Source: Mytilus edulis
Lineage: Eukaryota
Reading direction: 5' to 3'
DNA length: 64,000 bases
Assembly (NCBI RefSeq): GCF_963676685.1
Contig: NC_092349.1
Location: forward strand, 58,218,001 to 58,282,000
The translations under genes were made by a program, and so were the position numbers. Shown here one piece after another: positions 50,401 to 62,750 of the stretch (the stretch's first letter is position 1; each line of letters opens with the position of its first letter). The notes below the pieces were generated by a model. It worked only from the letters and a program-made list of their open reading frames with translations. It ran no database searches and was not told the DNA's origin.

Positions 50401-52366
50401 TAAAACAAAACGAAGCAAAAAAGTGAAAGGAAAACAAACAAATGCAAAAACAAAACTTATGATAATCAAACAACAAATAAACAAAACATAAATTAAAATT
50501 CTTCAAAACCGAAAGGTTCTAATGGACACGAGATATTACATGCATGTGTCACATACAAGAGGTATACATTTCCCTATAGGTGTTAATGATAGATGATAGA
50601 AAACAACATGGTGTTCTAGATTGTGTTAACAAAATCAAAACAAAACAAAACACAATTCAATGCAAACAAACACAAAAAGAATAGAGAACATTTGAGTGCG
50701 AAATTATAAAGAATAGAGAATAATGGAGCAAAATATGATGAAGAGGGTTGGTTACAAAAAATAAGGAATACAAAATTGAAGGCCCCATATGCATACAGAG
50801 CCTACAACATTGTACTTCAAGCAACTTTCGTCTCCATAAGAGTTAATGCGATTCTTTCATCTATTCTGACGGATTTTCTACAGAATGCAAATGTTGTGAC
50901 TGTCAAACAATGAATGCGATAATACTGACAACCGATGGCGTAAATATTATTGTGTGGTTGTTCTGTTTTATATCTAAATATGCTTAATCATCTGACTTAC
51001 TTTTTATGGTTTTTATAAGGCTATTAAAAAAAATTGAATAAATATTTAAAAAAAAACCTTCCTTTTGAACTCCTTCATTTTTCTGAATAAACAAAATATA
51101 CAGGTTAGGGTTTTCGAATGAAAGCATTACCTATTTTCCATACTGAAATGGGTGTAAAAAGGGTTGATGACTTGCACATGTTTCACAGTTTTAATCGCTT
51201 TTTGAAAATTGATGACAATTTAAAAGATTTAGGTCTAACATTTTAGATAAAGAACCTAGTGGAAAATTATCTATATCTGCAACACCACAGGCACCAATGA
51301 TGCTTAACAATGGAACCTTTCCTAAAGCAAGTAATATCACTGACTGGGACAAAAGTGAGCTCGAGCACCAGAAAACGAAAGTCTTACAATTAGAGCTTCA
51401 GCTGTATCGCCGAGACAAACTCATAGAGAAGCTGGTAGACAAAGTAAAACATTACGACAAGTCATTTAGTTTGGGACAAGATATCAGTATGGTGGCATAC
51501 CTAGATGAGAACTGGTCAGCAGTTATAATTCCAGCCAACGATACCGACCCATGTACATCACCTTCAAATACAACAACGACCTCAGGTAAAACAACTTTAA
51601 TACGTACAATATGGGATCTGTTCTCTGTACATGTACTTAGATGAGCAATGCGACGGTTGTCTCATGTTGAGCAGGACATACTCTTCTGGACCATTAAAAA
51701 GAATAGGTTTGTTTGCCCAAACCCTACCTACCCAGAAAAAAGCTGCCTACTCAAATTCTTTTATTGTCCTGATTTGAAGAAGTTTTTTTTAATCAGATAG
51801 GCATGAAGACTAATAAACATTCGATACTTCAATTTCTTTAAAAAAAAAATTAAAATGCCTACCTACCTACCCACTGTCTCAACCTTGAGTAGGGTTTGGG
51901 CAAACCAAAATATTTTTAATTGTGGCCCTGTGTCATCTGAAATCACCCACAATTTTAGCGTTGTCCGTGCTGCTCAGTCTTACTCTTAGTTTCTATGTTG
52001 TGTTTTTATTATACTGTTGTTTGTCTTGTGGTCTTTTTTGGGGGTATTTTGTTTTCAGTTTATTTTCAACTTATGAGTTTGAATGTCCATTTGGTAGCTG
52101 TCGCGTCTTTGTAACATATCAAAGGACGAGAAAATAAGTAGATAAAGTTTTCCGTTTCTTGAAATTTTAATAGTCGAATCATGACATATTCAATGCAGCA
52201 ATGTATGAAATTTTTCTGTGTGTATCATGTTTCCTCTTTAAAGATATTGTCGATCCTTTTGTTTTTATATATGCTTTTATTTTCAGAAGAAACAGAAACA
52301 GCAACAGTTACGTCACAGTTTTGCAGTTATACCTCTTCAATAAGTGAAATGTTTGAATCTTCATGA
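45089..52366 (+). CDS. Uncharacterised coiled-coil protein, 9 exons, 389 aa
   Basis: Exons 45089-45104, 45731-45823, 46597-46743, 47613-47801, 48432-48578, 49202-49263, 49647-49743, 51247-51585 and 52287-52366; all GT-AG, splicing into one open frame (1170 nt). E/K/L/Q-rich heptads and an S/T-rich tail. The 16-nt first exon is the least certain. Confidence 0.75.
47828..47986. mobile_element. MITE of the CAGTGGCGGATCC family with 5-bp TSD
   Basis: CAGAGGCGGATTT...GGATCCGCCACTG flanked by TTTTG on both sides. Confidence 0.8.
49815..50397. repeat. Hairpin-forming repeat element(s) embedded between (TA)n tracts
   Basis: (TA)n at 49815-49834, 50242-50251 and 50361-50397; ~160-bp imperfect palindrome at 49840-50002. 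Confidence 0.65.
51688..51928. mobile_element. MITE inserted in an older repeat
   Basis: GTTTGCCCAAACCCTAC (51711) is inverted against GTAGGGTTTGGGCAAAC (51889); it interrupts a copy of the 1-245 repeat family. Confidence 0.7.
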
Positions 52367-55300
52367 TTTTTATTATAAAGTTATTATATTTACACCCTCA
52401 ACATTACTGCTTTTGTTTTACCGATTTATATAAAAGAATATTGGTGATACCGACAAAAAAACGTACTCAATGTAAATTTGAGAATGGGTAGATTGATTAA
52501 GCAAAACTACTCCGTACACTCGTTTTACGGTCAGCATATCACGAATTGCATGGTTGACCGTCGTGATGTGCCGGTGTCCTAAGTCACTAGCGACATGTTT
52601 TCGCGGTCTTAAATCTTTACATACCAGTACAATCGTTTTGACCTTTAGTTTTACCGCTATCGATTGTGAAATGTTTACAAAGTTTTTGTCCGATGATGCA
52701 TGCAAATCAGGAGACGCAAACACTGTCGATGCACCCGGTCTCTCTCTCTCTCTTTTCATTTAGGTACAACACATTCAGGTGTATACACGTAGCTACAAAA
52801 ATGTGAAGGGATCACACGGTGGTGGATTTTTATAGTAAGTTGAATGTCAAATTCATATCCTAAGGTGACGCTAAATACCAATTAGTCGAAAAATATCTAG
52901 TTCACCAACAAATGAGGCTCAGTCGATATTATATATGTCTCTGCTAAAACTTTTTAAACAGTAAAAAGAAATAGTTGACCACTATTAGTTTTTTCTTTCA
53001 TCTATCAGTTTTGAGTTCGTGGACGACTCAGCCAAGTTTAGAATTTTTAACTAATCTTCAAATAAAAAATACTTGTAATGAATATTTATCCATGTGATGA
53101 GTTAAGCCCTTTTCTACTGATTTTTATAGTTCGTTCAACTTCTTATGTTGTACTGTTATACTACTGTCCAAGGTTAGGGATCCCGCTAACAAGTTTAACA
53201 CCGCCACATTCTGTATTTGTGTGTCTGTCCCAAGTCAGGCGCCTGTAAATCAGTAGTTGTCGTATGTTTATGTGTTACATATTTGTGTTTCGTTCATTTT
53301 TTGTACTTAAATTAGGCCGTTAGTTTTCTTGTTTGAATTGTTTTACATTGTCATTTCGTGGCCTTTTATAGCTGACTATGCGGAATGGGCTTTTCTCATT
53401 GCTGAAGGCCGTACGGTGACCTATAGTTCTTAATTTCTGTGTCATTTTGGTCTTTTGTGGAGAGTCGTCTCATTGGCAATCATACCACATCTTTTTTTGA
53501 ATTTGGGCTACACTTTATCGGAATTTTGTTGGTCATATTTTATCTATACCAATGGAAGCGGACGCGATAGAGAGCACCCGGAACTTAGTCGTCTGCCTTC
53601 TGCAACATCCAGGTAAACTGTACGTAAGTTCTACATATTTAGAGTCTTAGCTGGTCCATGAAATAATTTACAATTAAGTTGATTTCGTTTTCCTTCCCTT
53701 CTATCTCCCTTTTTAATATTTCTTTGCTCTAAGGAGCCTTAAGAGGGTCAGTTTTCCAGCGCCCCACTGTCACTGTTGACGATACAAAATACATCGAAAC
53801 TATAAACGTAATTTTTTTTAACTTTTACCGTGATTCTTCTTTGTGGTCTTGATTATTATATATATGCGATTAGCAAATTTTGGTTGAATATATAAGGAAT
53901 CACTGAAGCATGAATGTATAGTGGCACTATACATTCATGCTTCAGTGATTCTGTGGGTCTCCTCTTAGTGCACTCAGTGCCCCCCTTTTTTCTCCCTTTT
54001 ATGAAAATCTCTGGATTCGACACATTTCCGTGAAAGTTAAATCCTTAAATCTTGCATTTGTGTTGAACCCATCAGAAAATGAAATGACACTTACCAAAAT
54101 CATGGTCAAATAAACAATAACACTTCAGACAGTTCTTTATATTATGATATTTATTTTATACAAATTGCTCACAAAGTTGGTATTGTTTTTTTTTTATAAG
54201 GATAGATTTTAGTTTGAAATTATGTAGCTCGTACAAGTAAATTAAATATTTTCCAACAATGTACATATGTATTGCAGCAAAGTTTAAGAAGTCAATAAGC
54301 AATTATGTAATTAAAGTAAATCAAACTTTGTTAATCAACTATGAAGAATTTTCAACATCCAATTTCTTAATTGAAAAAAAAATTACCAAGACAATTCCAA
54401 TTCCCGACTTAAACAAAACACGTGATCTTTATTGTCGGGTTATGGTAGATATTATATGGGTTTCTTGTATCCTATAAAACACGAGTCCTCTTCCTTTTCT
54501 ATACTAGACAATGCAGTAATCGAGAAAAAACATATGCATGAGTTTCCATGCCCGTATAATACGTACCCAGACCCAACATTTAAAGTTTCCATCCTTTTAG
54601 CGCATTTTAAAAAATCTTCGTTAGCCAAAAGTTCCAGCCACACCCTTCTTACGACGGGACAGCTGGCATGCGGGTCTGGTACTTCCCTTTGTTTAGCGTA
54701 ATTATGTTAAAGCTTACTCTAACAGTTATAAAATAAAACATGATTTACATCAGGCGTTGGTATATTTCTACTTGCGAATTTGAAACTATGAAATTTAACG
54801 TAAATGTACCCTAATTGCACCTATACTTTGAACGTTTTGTGAATATTTAAACAATTTACTTCTAATGATAAATAATAATTAAAAAAATATACAAGATGTT
54901 TAGTCCCTAAGAAAGAAATTTGCTGCTATTTTTGTTAAGTAGGTACAATTTGGATACTCGGCTGTGACGTTAGATTTGTTGTAATATACTAAGTAATGTT
55001 TGATATCATATTGCAAGACATTTGAATGTCGTTTAATACGACAGAACGGTTATAAACTTCCTTATTTGTTTCTGCGCAAAAAGCAACAAATTTTAACTTT
55101 CTAATTTGTGAATTTGACAGATTTTATGATGTTGTTCAGTATTTTTGTGATTTTACTCTGTATTAAGTTTAAAATAACGTTTTGAAAACTTGGATTGAGC
55201 CCGGCAAAAAGCTAGTGAAAATTAAACAAAAAATAGTACACAACTGAAAAGATACCGCCTTTAACCTTGATAACAAACGATTAATAAGTACACGCGCTTA

Positions 55301-55939
55301 TAATTTTAAAACACGCTTAACTGACGCCTTGAATGAAAGTGAAAAAAAAAGAATGAAACTCCTGTAAGTGAAATACGGGAAAAACACACATTTGTAGTCT
55401 AAATTTGAATACACAATAAAACATGAAATAGTATAAAAAATAAAAGAAGGGTAGGGAGGTTTTTTTTATTTTAAGTGTTTTTTTTACATTGAGTCTATGA
55501 CAGCAACATTCTGACTTCAACGGTACTAAATAAAAAAACAACACACACAAAACCATTTAGGGTAATCTATTGTTAAGACTGAAAAGTAGGGTTCTGTAGA
55601 CAGAGTAACTGGAACCACACATATATTTTGTGGCCTTACCATTTAATGAAATCACAGGTAGATATTTTATGGCGGGGATAAAATAAATCTGCAATCATAC
55701 CACATCTTCTTTTTTATACTTACTATAATTTCAATATCACAACACCTACGAACCTGAACTCTAGATTAATTTTTGACAGATTTAAATCTTATGTTTAATG
55801 TGGTAAAAAGAATTCAATTGTGGTACAGGTTCTACATTACTACATTGGACTATAAGAAAGAAGTTTATTTTTTTTTTAGGAAAACCCGTAACTTTCAGAG
55901 GATTCTATGACCAGTGACAAACGAAGTCGGTAACCCCTT

Positions 55940-56434
55940 TTTTGTTATGCCCGGCCTTTGGGCATTATGTTTTTTGGTCCGGTTCAGATTAAAGTTTTTG
56001 GTTAAGGTGGTACCTAACACTACATGGAGATAACTCTGTAAAATCAGCTAAACGTTTTAATAACGTTGTGTTGTTAAGGGAATATTAAGCTTTTCAATGA
56101 TCAAAATTTGTCAAACTGCTATATAACCAGACAGTCTAGTGTAATTTTTCTCTTGGTTCAAATTTTTTGAAATTTCATATTTTTGTCAAAGGGTCAAAGT
56201 AAATACTTTGTCAAAATTTTATGAAAATTAAACGAGCCAAATTAATTTAAGTGAAGGTGTTGGGTACCGCCATAAGGTAGTTAATTCAATTAACTTGAAA
56301 CTTAGTACACGTCCTTTATAATATGATCTTTATAACTTTAATACCAAGTTTTGACACCAATTTCACGGTCCACTGAACAAAGAAAATGATAGTGCCACCG
56401 AGGCATCCGTGTACTATGGACACATTCTTGTTTT
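55940..56434. mobile_element. HINE-like element interrupted by a TTAA MITE (56006-56271)
   Basis: The outer parts match 16503-16768. Inner TIR GGTGGTACCTAACAC...GTGTTGGGTACCGCC with TTAA/ATAA flanks. Confidence 0.7.
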
Positions 56435-57000
56435 ATCGAATTTTGTTCCCAAAATCTCGAAATACTTTGATTCAAAATTTTATAACAATGACTGATCGAA
56501 ATGAATTGGCTGTTTGGTTAAAATAAAATAAGAATATTGTTTAATTGAAAAGATTCTTATTTCAATAAATGAAGGCATGATATTAATGTCAATGAATACA
56601 ACAACCGTAAGGTAAAAAATATGCAAACGTTGTATAGAGAGCTCGTAAATTAAGATACGACCCATGAAAATATTAACTGGTTCTTTGATTGCACTTATTC
56701 TTACATGTTATCAATTTAACATTGCAAAACTATATTTTTTTTTGAATATTTTCTTTGTCTGTATCAAAATTTATCATATTTTAACTAGTTTAATACATAA
56801 CATAAAACAAATAGTTTTTAGAACCTTTATGGTCCTGAATTATGTCGTTGCGCTATGTCATGTTTTTCTCAGATTATTTATTACGTCTTTCCGTTAGATC
56901 CGGGAAATATATTAATTTGCGGTTGTATGTACAGAAATGCAACATTGCTGGGCTGTAATAAAAGAGAAAAAAAAGAAACATATAACATCGATTCTATTAT

Positions 57001-59145
57001 TTAGAAAATAGATGTTGGAGGTATATCCAAAGGTTTGTTAATGTCTTTAACAACGGCAGTCCAGAACAAAGACTCCCCAAAACCTGCCTTACAAGATAAA
57101 TATGGCGTTGTGTCGAGTAATGTTTTTAGTGGGGTAATCATGTGTTTTGAATCGATCTGTTGGTACATTATTAATATCAAAACTTCTTTTCCCTGTCGGC
57201 GCCTCCGCTCTTGTACAAGATCGATCTCCCATTGACACCATTCGCTTTTAGCAAAATTATTAGACAAAACAACGATAATCTTCCAACTCTTCTCCATATA
57301 TTTTCCAATATTGTTAATGACTGGCTCTCCGACATCAAAATCCCTATGATGAACACAAACATTAAGGTTAGAATTTTCTAGATGTTTAAGCAAAACGCCA
57401 TGGACCCATAGGCGATCGGCATCGCAATAAACAACGAACGCGTCAAACTCGTAATCATCTGCCGATTCAAGACTAAAGTACCCACGTTTCATTCGTTGCT
57501 TTAAACGAAATAAATACAGTGCATTCTTAAAATTTATCTGACATTGGAATGTCATTATGACAAAGAAAAGCAAAATCAAAACAGATGAACATGCCGTTAT
57601 TATTATCAGGTAGACAATGCTAAAAGAATTACACTCTGCAATTGTTGGAAAATAATCTGCAAGAAGGGTTAATCGTAGATGTTCCGGATAGTAGCAAGTG
57701 TAACGACTCGGCCAATTTTTCTGCATTTTTGTTGAAAAATTCGTTGATCGAATTTTGTCTAAAAACCATTTCATTTCACACGTGCATCGATATTGATTAC
57801 CGGATAATTCTAGTACGTTTAAAGATTTTAATAGATTTGCTGGAAACGACGTTTCGTTAATAACGTGAATATTGTTCCCATCAAGATACAATTCGCGCAT
57901 GGATGACAAATTATCGAAGAGGGATTCGTTCCATCGTTCTATCTCATTTCCTTGTAAATTCAACGATTCGATGTGAGGCATATTTCGTAATAATTCTTCT
58001 GGAATTGTCGTTATATCTGACGAAGCTAAAGTAAGTTTATGAATATTCCGTGTTGATGCAAATAGTTCTCGTACAATTGCATACTCATTTAAATAGTTAT
58101 GAGATAAATCCACTTCTTTCAAATTTGGTATAGTTTGAAAAATCGTTTGCGGATTAAATCGTTTTTCCTTATATTTTTTCTTACTATATCGAAAATTATT
58201 CCGATACAAATGTAATATCTGTAATGACGAACTGTTAAATGCGAACGGAGCAATGATTTTCAATTGCTGATTATCACCTATGACAAGTTTCATCAAATTA
58301 TGTAGCAATGCGAAGACATTATTATCCAAGCATCGTAAACGATTTCCATCCATTATTAGATAATTCAAATTATCCAGGCATTTAAAAGATTCTTTAGAAA
58401 TTTTCCTTATAGCATTGTATGCAAGTGACAAGTATTTCAGTTGCGGAACAAACGTTTCATCGCTGCTATTACAAAAATTGGGTATTGCATATATATTATT
58501 ATTTGATAAATCCAGAAAACCAGTTGTCATAAGACCGTTAAAATTGACATACACAATTTCGTTTTCCTCGACCTGCAATTTTCTTAGGTTTGCTATTGGT
58601 AGAAATACACTTGAATTTAGTTTATGGAACAGATTGTTTTTAAGCGACAGGGCGATTTTAGCTCCTACCAAATGATAAAACATGTCATTCGGAAGTCCAT
58701 ACCAATCGTTTTTCTCTAAATACAACATTTTAATGCTTCCAATAGTCAAACTCTGGAACGAAGATTTCAACGATGTTGTATTTAATAACTTCTCAGTTAT
58801 TATTCTTAGCTCGGCAATATTTTCAAAATCACAAAACGCATCATCTTGAATTATCTTAATTGAGTTATTCTCGAACCACAATGTCTTGAGGTTGATTGAA
58901 GAAATATTCCTAAAACTACTCCGATTGATCACCGTAAGAATGTTATTTTTCAATATCAATTTAGTAATTGTTGGTGGTAGCTTCGGGATATAATTCAAAG
59001 ATGAGCAGGTTGCTATTCTTTTTGTACACATGCATTCATCATTTATTCCACATGGTTTTTCTTTCGCACAGCAGAAAACATTACATCCAACGGCTAAGCA
59101 AAGTAAAATGCACACAGAAGTAAACTTTGAATTCGACATTTTCAA
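57001..59145 (-). CDS. Toll-like receptor (single cysteine cluster type), single-exon CDS, ~714 aa
   Basis: Signal peptide, LRR-NT (CGINDECMC..ATC), multiple LxxLxLxxN repeats, LRR-CT (NQYRCTCEMKWF..C..P..C), TM helix, and TIR boxes FDAFVVY, HHRDFDVG, SEWCQWE and FW. Confidence 0.95.
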   Translation of the reverse strand: MKMSNSKFTSVCILLCLAVGCNVFCCAKEKPCGINDECMCTKRIATCSSLNYIPKLPPTITKLILKNNILTVINRSSFRNISSINLKTLWFENNSIKIIQDDAFCDFENIAELRIITEKLLNTTSLKSSFQSLTIGSIKMLYLEKNDWYGLPNDMFYHLVGAKIALSLKNNLFHKLNSSVFLPIANLRKLQVEENEIVYVNFNGLMTTGFLDLSNNNIYAIPNFCNSSDETFVPQLKYLSLAYNAIRKISKESFKCLDNLNYLIMDGNRLRCLDNNVFALLHNLMKLVIGDNQQLKIIAPFAFNSSSLQILHLYRNNFRYSKKKYKEKRFNPQTIFQTIPNLKEVDLSHNYLNEYAIVRELFASTRNIHKLTLASSDITTIPEELLRNMPHIESLNLQGNEIERWNESLFDNLSSMRELYLDGNNIHVINETSFPANLLKSLNVLELSGNQYRCTCEMKWFLDKIRSTNFSTKMQKNWPSRYTCYYPEHLRLTLLADYFPTIAECNSFSIVYLIIITACSSVLILLFFVIMTFQCQINFKNALYLFRLKQRMKRGYFSLESADDYEFDAFVVYCDADRLWVHGVLLKHLENSNLNVCVHHRDFDVGEPVINNIGKYMEKSWKIIVVLSNNFAKSEWCQWEIDLVQERRRRQGKEVLILIMYQQIDSKHMITPLKTLLDTTPYLSCKAGFGESLFWTAVVKDINKPLDIPPTSIF

Positions 59146-59964
59146 ACTTCAAAGTGATAGATAAAAAAGGACACCGACACAAAAAAATACTTCCCGGTAT
59201 ATTGGTATGTTGAATAACTTCCTTGATTCTCCAGTTTTTTATATACCTGTTGATCTCTTGATAATTACGTGCATGTTTCAACTCGATATGCACTTGCTAA
59301 CCTATATGTCAATTTAAATATTCATTTGACAGTTTTCTAACACTGAAATTCTATCACCAAACCATAATTTTAAACATACTTTTTTGGTTTGCCAAAAAAT
59401 CACTTTGATACAAAACAATTATAAACTGGCAACAAGTATATATATTTCTTTAATTCAAAACTGTGGAATGGCTTGGTGACCTTGCCTTTCCCAAGCCCAG
59501 TCTATAAATCTCATAAAAATATGATTTTCTTATATTGACCTAATATTGTATATATATCCGTGTGATCGTTTAGCATTGAAAATGAAATTGGACTTAAACT
59601 TCTTTTATTAACCAACTAAGTACATTACTGGCAGAAATGACTGTTTATTATAAATCTTAACTGGGTTTAATACAGAAAAACTGGACATTAATACAGTGCC
59701 ATTACAGAAAAACAGGGCGGCTGGGCCATAACAGAAAAAACAGGGCCAGTACAGAAAAACAGTGTTAATATCAAATATAAAAAAATTAACATGACTACCG
59801 ATTTTCAATACAGATCGGCTTGAAAAAAAGTCATCATAATTTTATTCTGTAAAATACGGCAATGCAATGGTTTTCTTAAGATCAATATTTTAGAAATAGA
59901 CTAAAAGTTTCAAAAACAGTACAGAGTACATCAAGTTGGCAGCAACACATACACTTTTGTTCAG

Positions 59965-60155
59965 TTGGTTAATAAATGTATTAAGAATGTTTTTTTTTAA
60001 TGGCCCTATTATATTTGTCTTCAGTTAGTAATAATGGCCTCGGATGTCTGTAATGGCCCTCGGCGTTGCTCGGGCCATTACAGACTTCCTCGACTATTAT
60101 TACAGACCTTGGACATATAACAGGTCCATTATAAAAACACCCATTCATTAATACT
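59965..60155. repeat. Long imperfect palindrome (hairpin-type repeat)
   Basis: Core GTCTGTAATGGCCC-(12 nt)-GGGCCATTACAGAC, with degenerate arms extending ~90 bp on each side. Confidence 0.65.
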
Positions 60156-60262
60156 ATAATATTAATTTGAATTGAAGTATATTATAAATGAGCATAATGT
60201 ATACTTGACTGGTGTAGCAAAACTATAATTATCGAATTTTCAGGACGGTTATAACTTATATA

Positions 60263-62066
60263 TGTTACAGTAAATATGTGAAAATAGGAATTACGTGTAA
60301 TTACTAAAATTTAGGAATTACATGTAATCCCTGATGCACTTAGTAAATACAAGTAGTTCCTGAAACGGCCCAATTATTACCAGTAATTACTAATTTTAAA
60401 ATGAATTACACCTATTTACTAACTGTGAAAACAATGTTGTAATATGGTCAGCTGATCAAAAGTTATGGTAATACCAACTAAAGAAGATCAGTGAGTACTC
60501 TTAAAAAGTGATTAGCCTAAATTGTACCTTTTTGTTATAGGAGCATTAGCTACAAGATATATAAAAAATTAAATATGATTTTATTTTTACTAAAATAAGC
60601 TGAGAAACCTGGTTGATGAGTTGTGCACTTGTAAGTGAATAATTGGACATCATTGAATACGTATTCATGTGACCTTCATTCGGCTTCAATTCAACCCCTA
60701 GCTGGAGATAGGTTACCGATGTATTCAGATTTAAAATTGTTAGGGTTTCACGGAACTCAGTATCTCGCCTACTTTTGCTGTTAGTCGCAGGCTCAACAAA
60801 TATGTAAAAAAAATTTTTTAAATTTTCCTCCAGATACTATCTTTTGACAGTACAGTAAGAAGCTTCTGTCCAAATTTGGTTAAAATCCAGGATGGTTTAT
60901 AAAATCTAATAAAGGTTAAAAAAAAAAATTAACCACAGAGTGTACATGGTGTACATGTAGAGTTAACTTGAAAAAGTCCATTTATACGGAATATACGAAG
61001 AACGATTTTTTTTACAAACTTTACTTCTGGAGATTATCTTATAATTATAAACAAGCTTTTGTCCAAGTTTGATAGAAATAAGTCCATTTATAAGTAAAAT
61101 ACGGAAAAACTTGATTTTATTTTTACGAGATTTATTTCTTGAAAATTATCTTATGATCATTAACAAGCTTCTGTTCAAGTTTGGTAGAAATCCAAGATAG
61201 AAAATGTTTTTTTATGTCTCGCGTTTGCGACAAAAGTCGAAGGCGCGATAAAAAGAAACAGAATGACAACATTGAAAGTAAAACAAAAGGGATGAACCAT
61301 TTAGTTGACTTATTCAATCCACAAAAAGATGATTCTTATACAAGTAAAAACAATGATAGAATTTTTTTTACAGGTATATAAGCTCAAGTTTGGAGGTCTT
61401 GAAAAACTCATAAAAAAGAGAAACACAGAAATATGAAATGTGACTCTAAAAACCTTCAAATTGTATAAATTTGTTTGTGAAGAATGTCGGCTTCATCGCA
61501 ACAGTCTGACCAAAAAAGTCTTAAATAAACCTGTTTTGTAAAAGGAATTTAACTTATGTCATTGGCCAAGTTAATATGCAAAGTATGTCTGATGGAGATT
61601 TTAATTTAAAAAAATTATGGGATTGTAAGAATTATCAAAATTTTTCAATCAAATTTGGCATTATCGAATGTCTATCATCAAAAAGAGGTGGCGTAGTTGC
61701 CTATAAACTTGATTTTAGGGAGTTTCAAAAACTTTTAGAACAACCATTTCCCAGTTTCAATTCACAATAAAGAGTATACACTTTTGATGTGCCTTATATT
61801 CCTTAATCCTAAATTAAGTAAGCCCCAAAATACCTACCCTTTTACTTTCTAATTTAGTGTCTTGAATTATATTTTTATTTCAAAGCAAAAATATCAAGTA
61901 AGTAAACAGCTGTTAAAATGACAAAAAAATATCAGTGAATACCAGTAATTACTGAAACAACTGGTAAATACATGTAATTGCTAAATTGGCCTATAGTAAT
62001 TACAGGTATTTACTGAAATCTTTAGTAAGTACGTGTAATTCCTAATTTTACCTATTTACTGTAACA
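60263..62066 (+). mobile_element. Ginger-like transposon with a decayed KRBA2/SCAND3-type integrase
   Basis: TIR TGTTACAGTAAATA.GT.AAA.TAGGAATTAC at both ends and AATTAC subterminal repeats. Plus-strand remnants NVTLKTFKLYKFVCEEC..KPVL*KEFN and MQSMSDGDFN..NYQ..KF..LSSKRGGVVAYKL (61437-61710). No clean TSD. Confidence 0.7.
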
Positions 62067-62750
62067 TGTTTATAGGATAGTTTAAATAAAAGATTTCCAA
62101 ACGTGAAATTTTTTTCGGCTTAAAATGTTTTGTATAAGGAAATTGAGATAACCGTTGCTTACAGAAAATTGGAAGAATGCATATTTCTCACGGAAGTAGA
62201 TAAAAAAAATCATTATTCAATTTAAAGTGGATAGAAATAGTCACAATCAACAAAAAACTGTTTAACACTTAAGATGTCTCTATTTGTGGATTTTTTCTCT
62301 CATATCTATAATTTATCATGTATTGAAAAAAACACCTGTAAACAGGATGCAGTGATTTTCCCTTGTTCAAATTTTAAGTATTTGAAGTGTTAAATCAATT
62401 GTCTACATTTTTTTGCAAATTGAAACGCAATTTATTTTGAGGAAATATGATTCAAATTATGAGGAATTGGGTTTTTTTTAAGATAAAGTTATGTTCATGG
62501 TCTAAAACATTAAAAAAAAATATCTATACATATTTTTGGCCACTCTAGTAAAACAAATTGTACAGAGAAAAGTGTAGCACCATATGTATAATCTCTGTAA
62601 ATATCATGTTTATTTTCAGAACTGAGACAGCTGATTTAAGAACAGGAAATTTGAGTGTACTACTTGCACAATTACAGTTCTTCAATAAATCAACAACAGC
62701 TGACCAAAACATTAGTCAGTGGGAAGAGTAGCTCATCGGTTGACCAAAGT

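Noticed and set aside
62655-62750. GTG start for the terminal ORF
   Set aside because: Eukaryotic context; the first in-frame ATG is at 62751 and an in-frame stop lies immediately before 62655.
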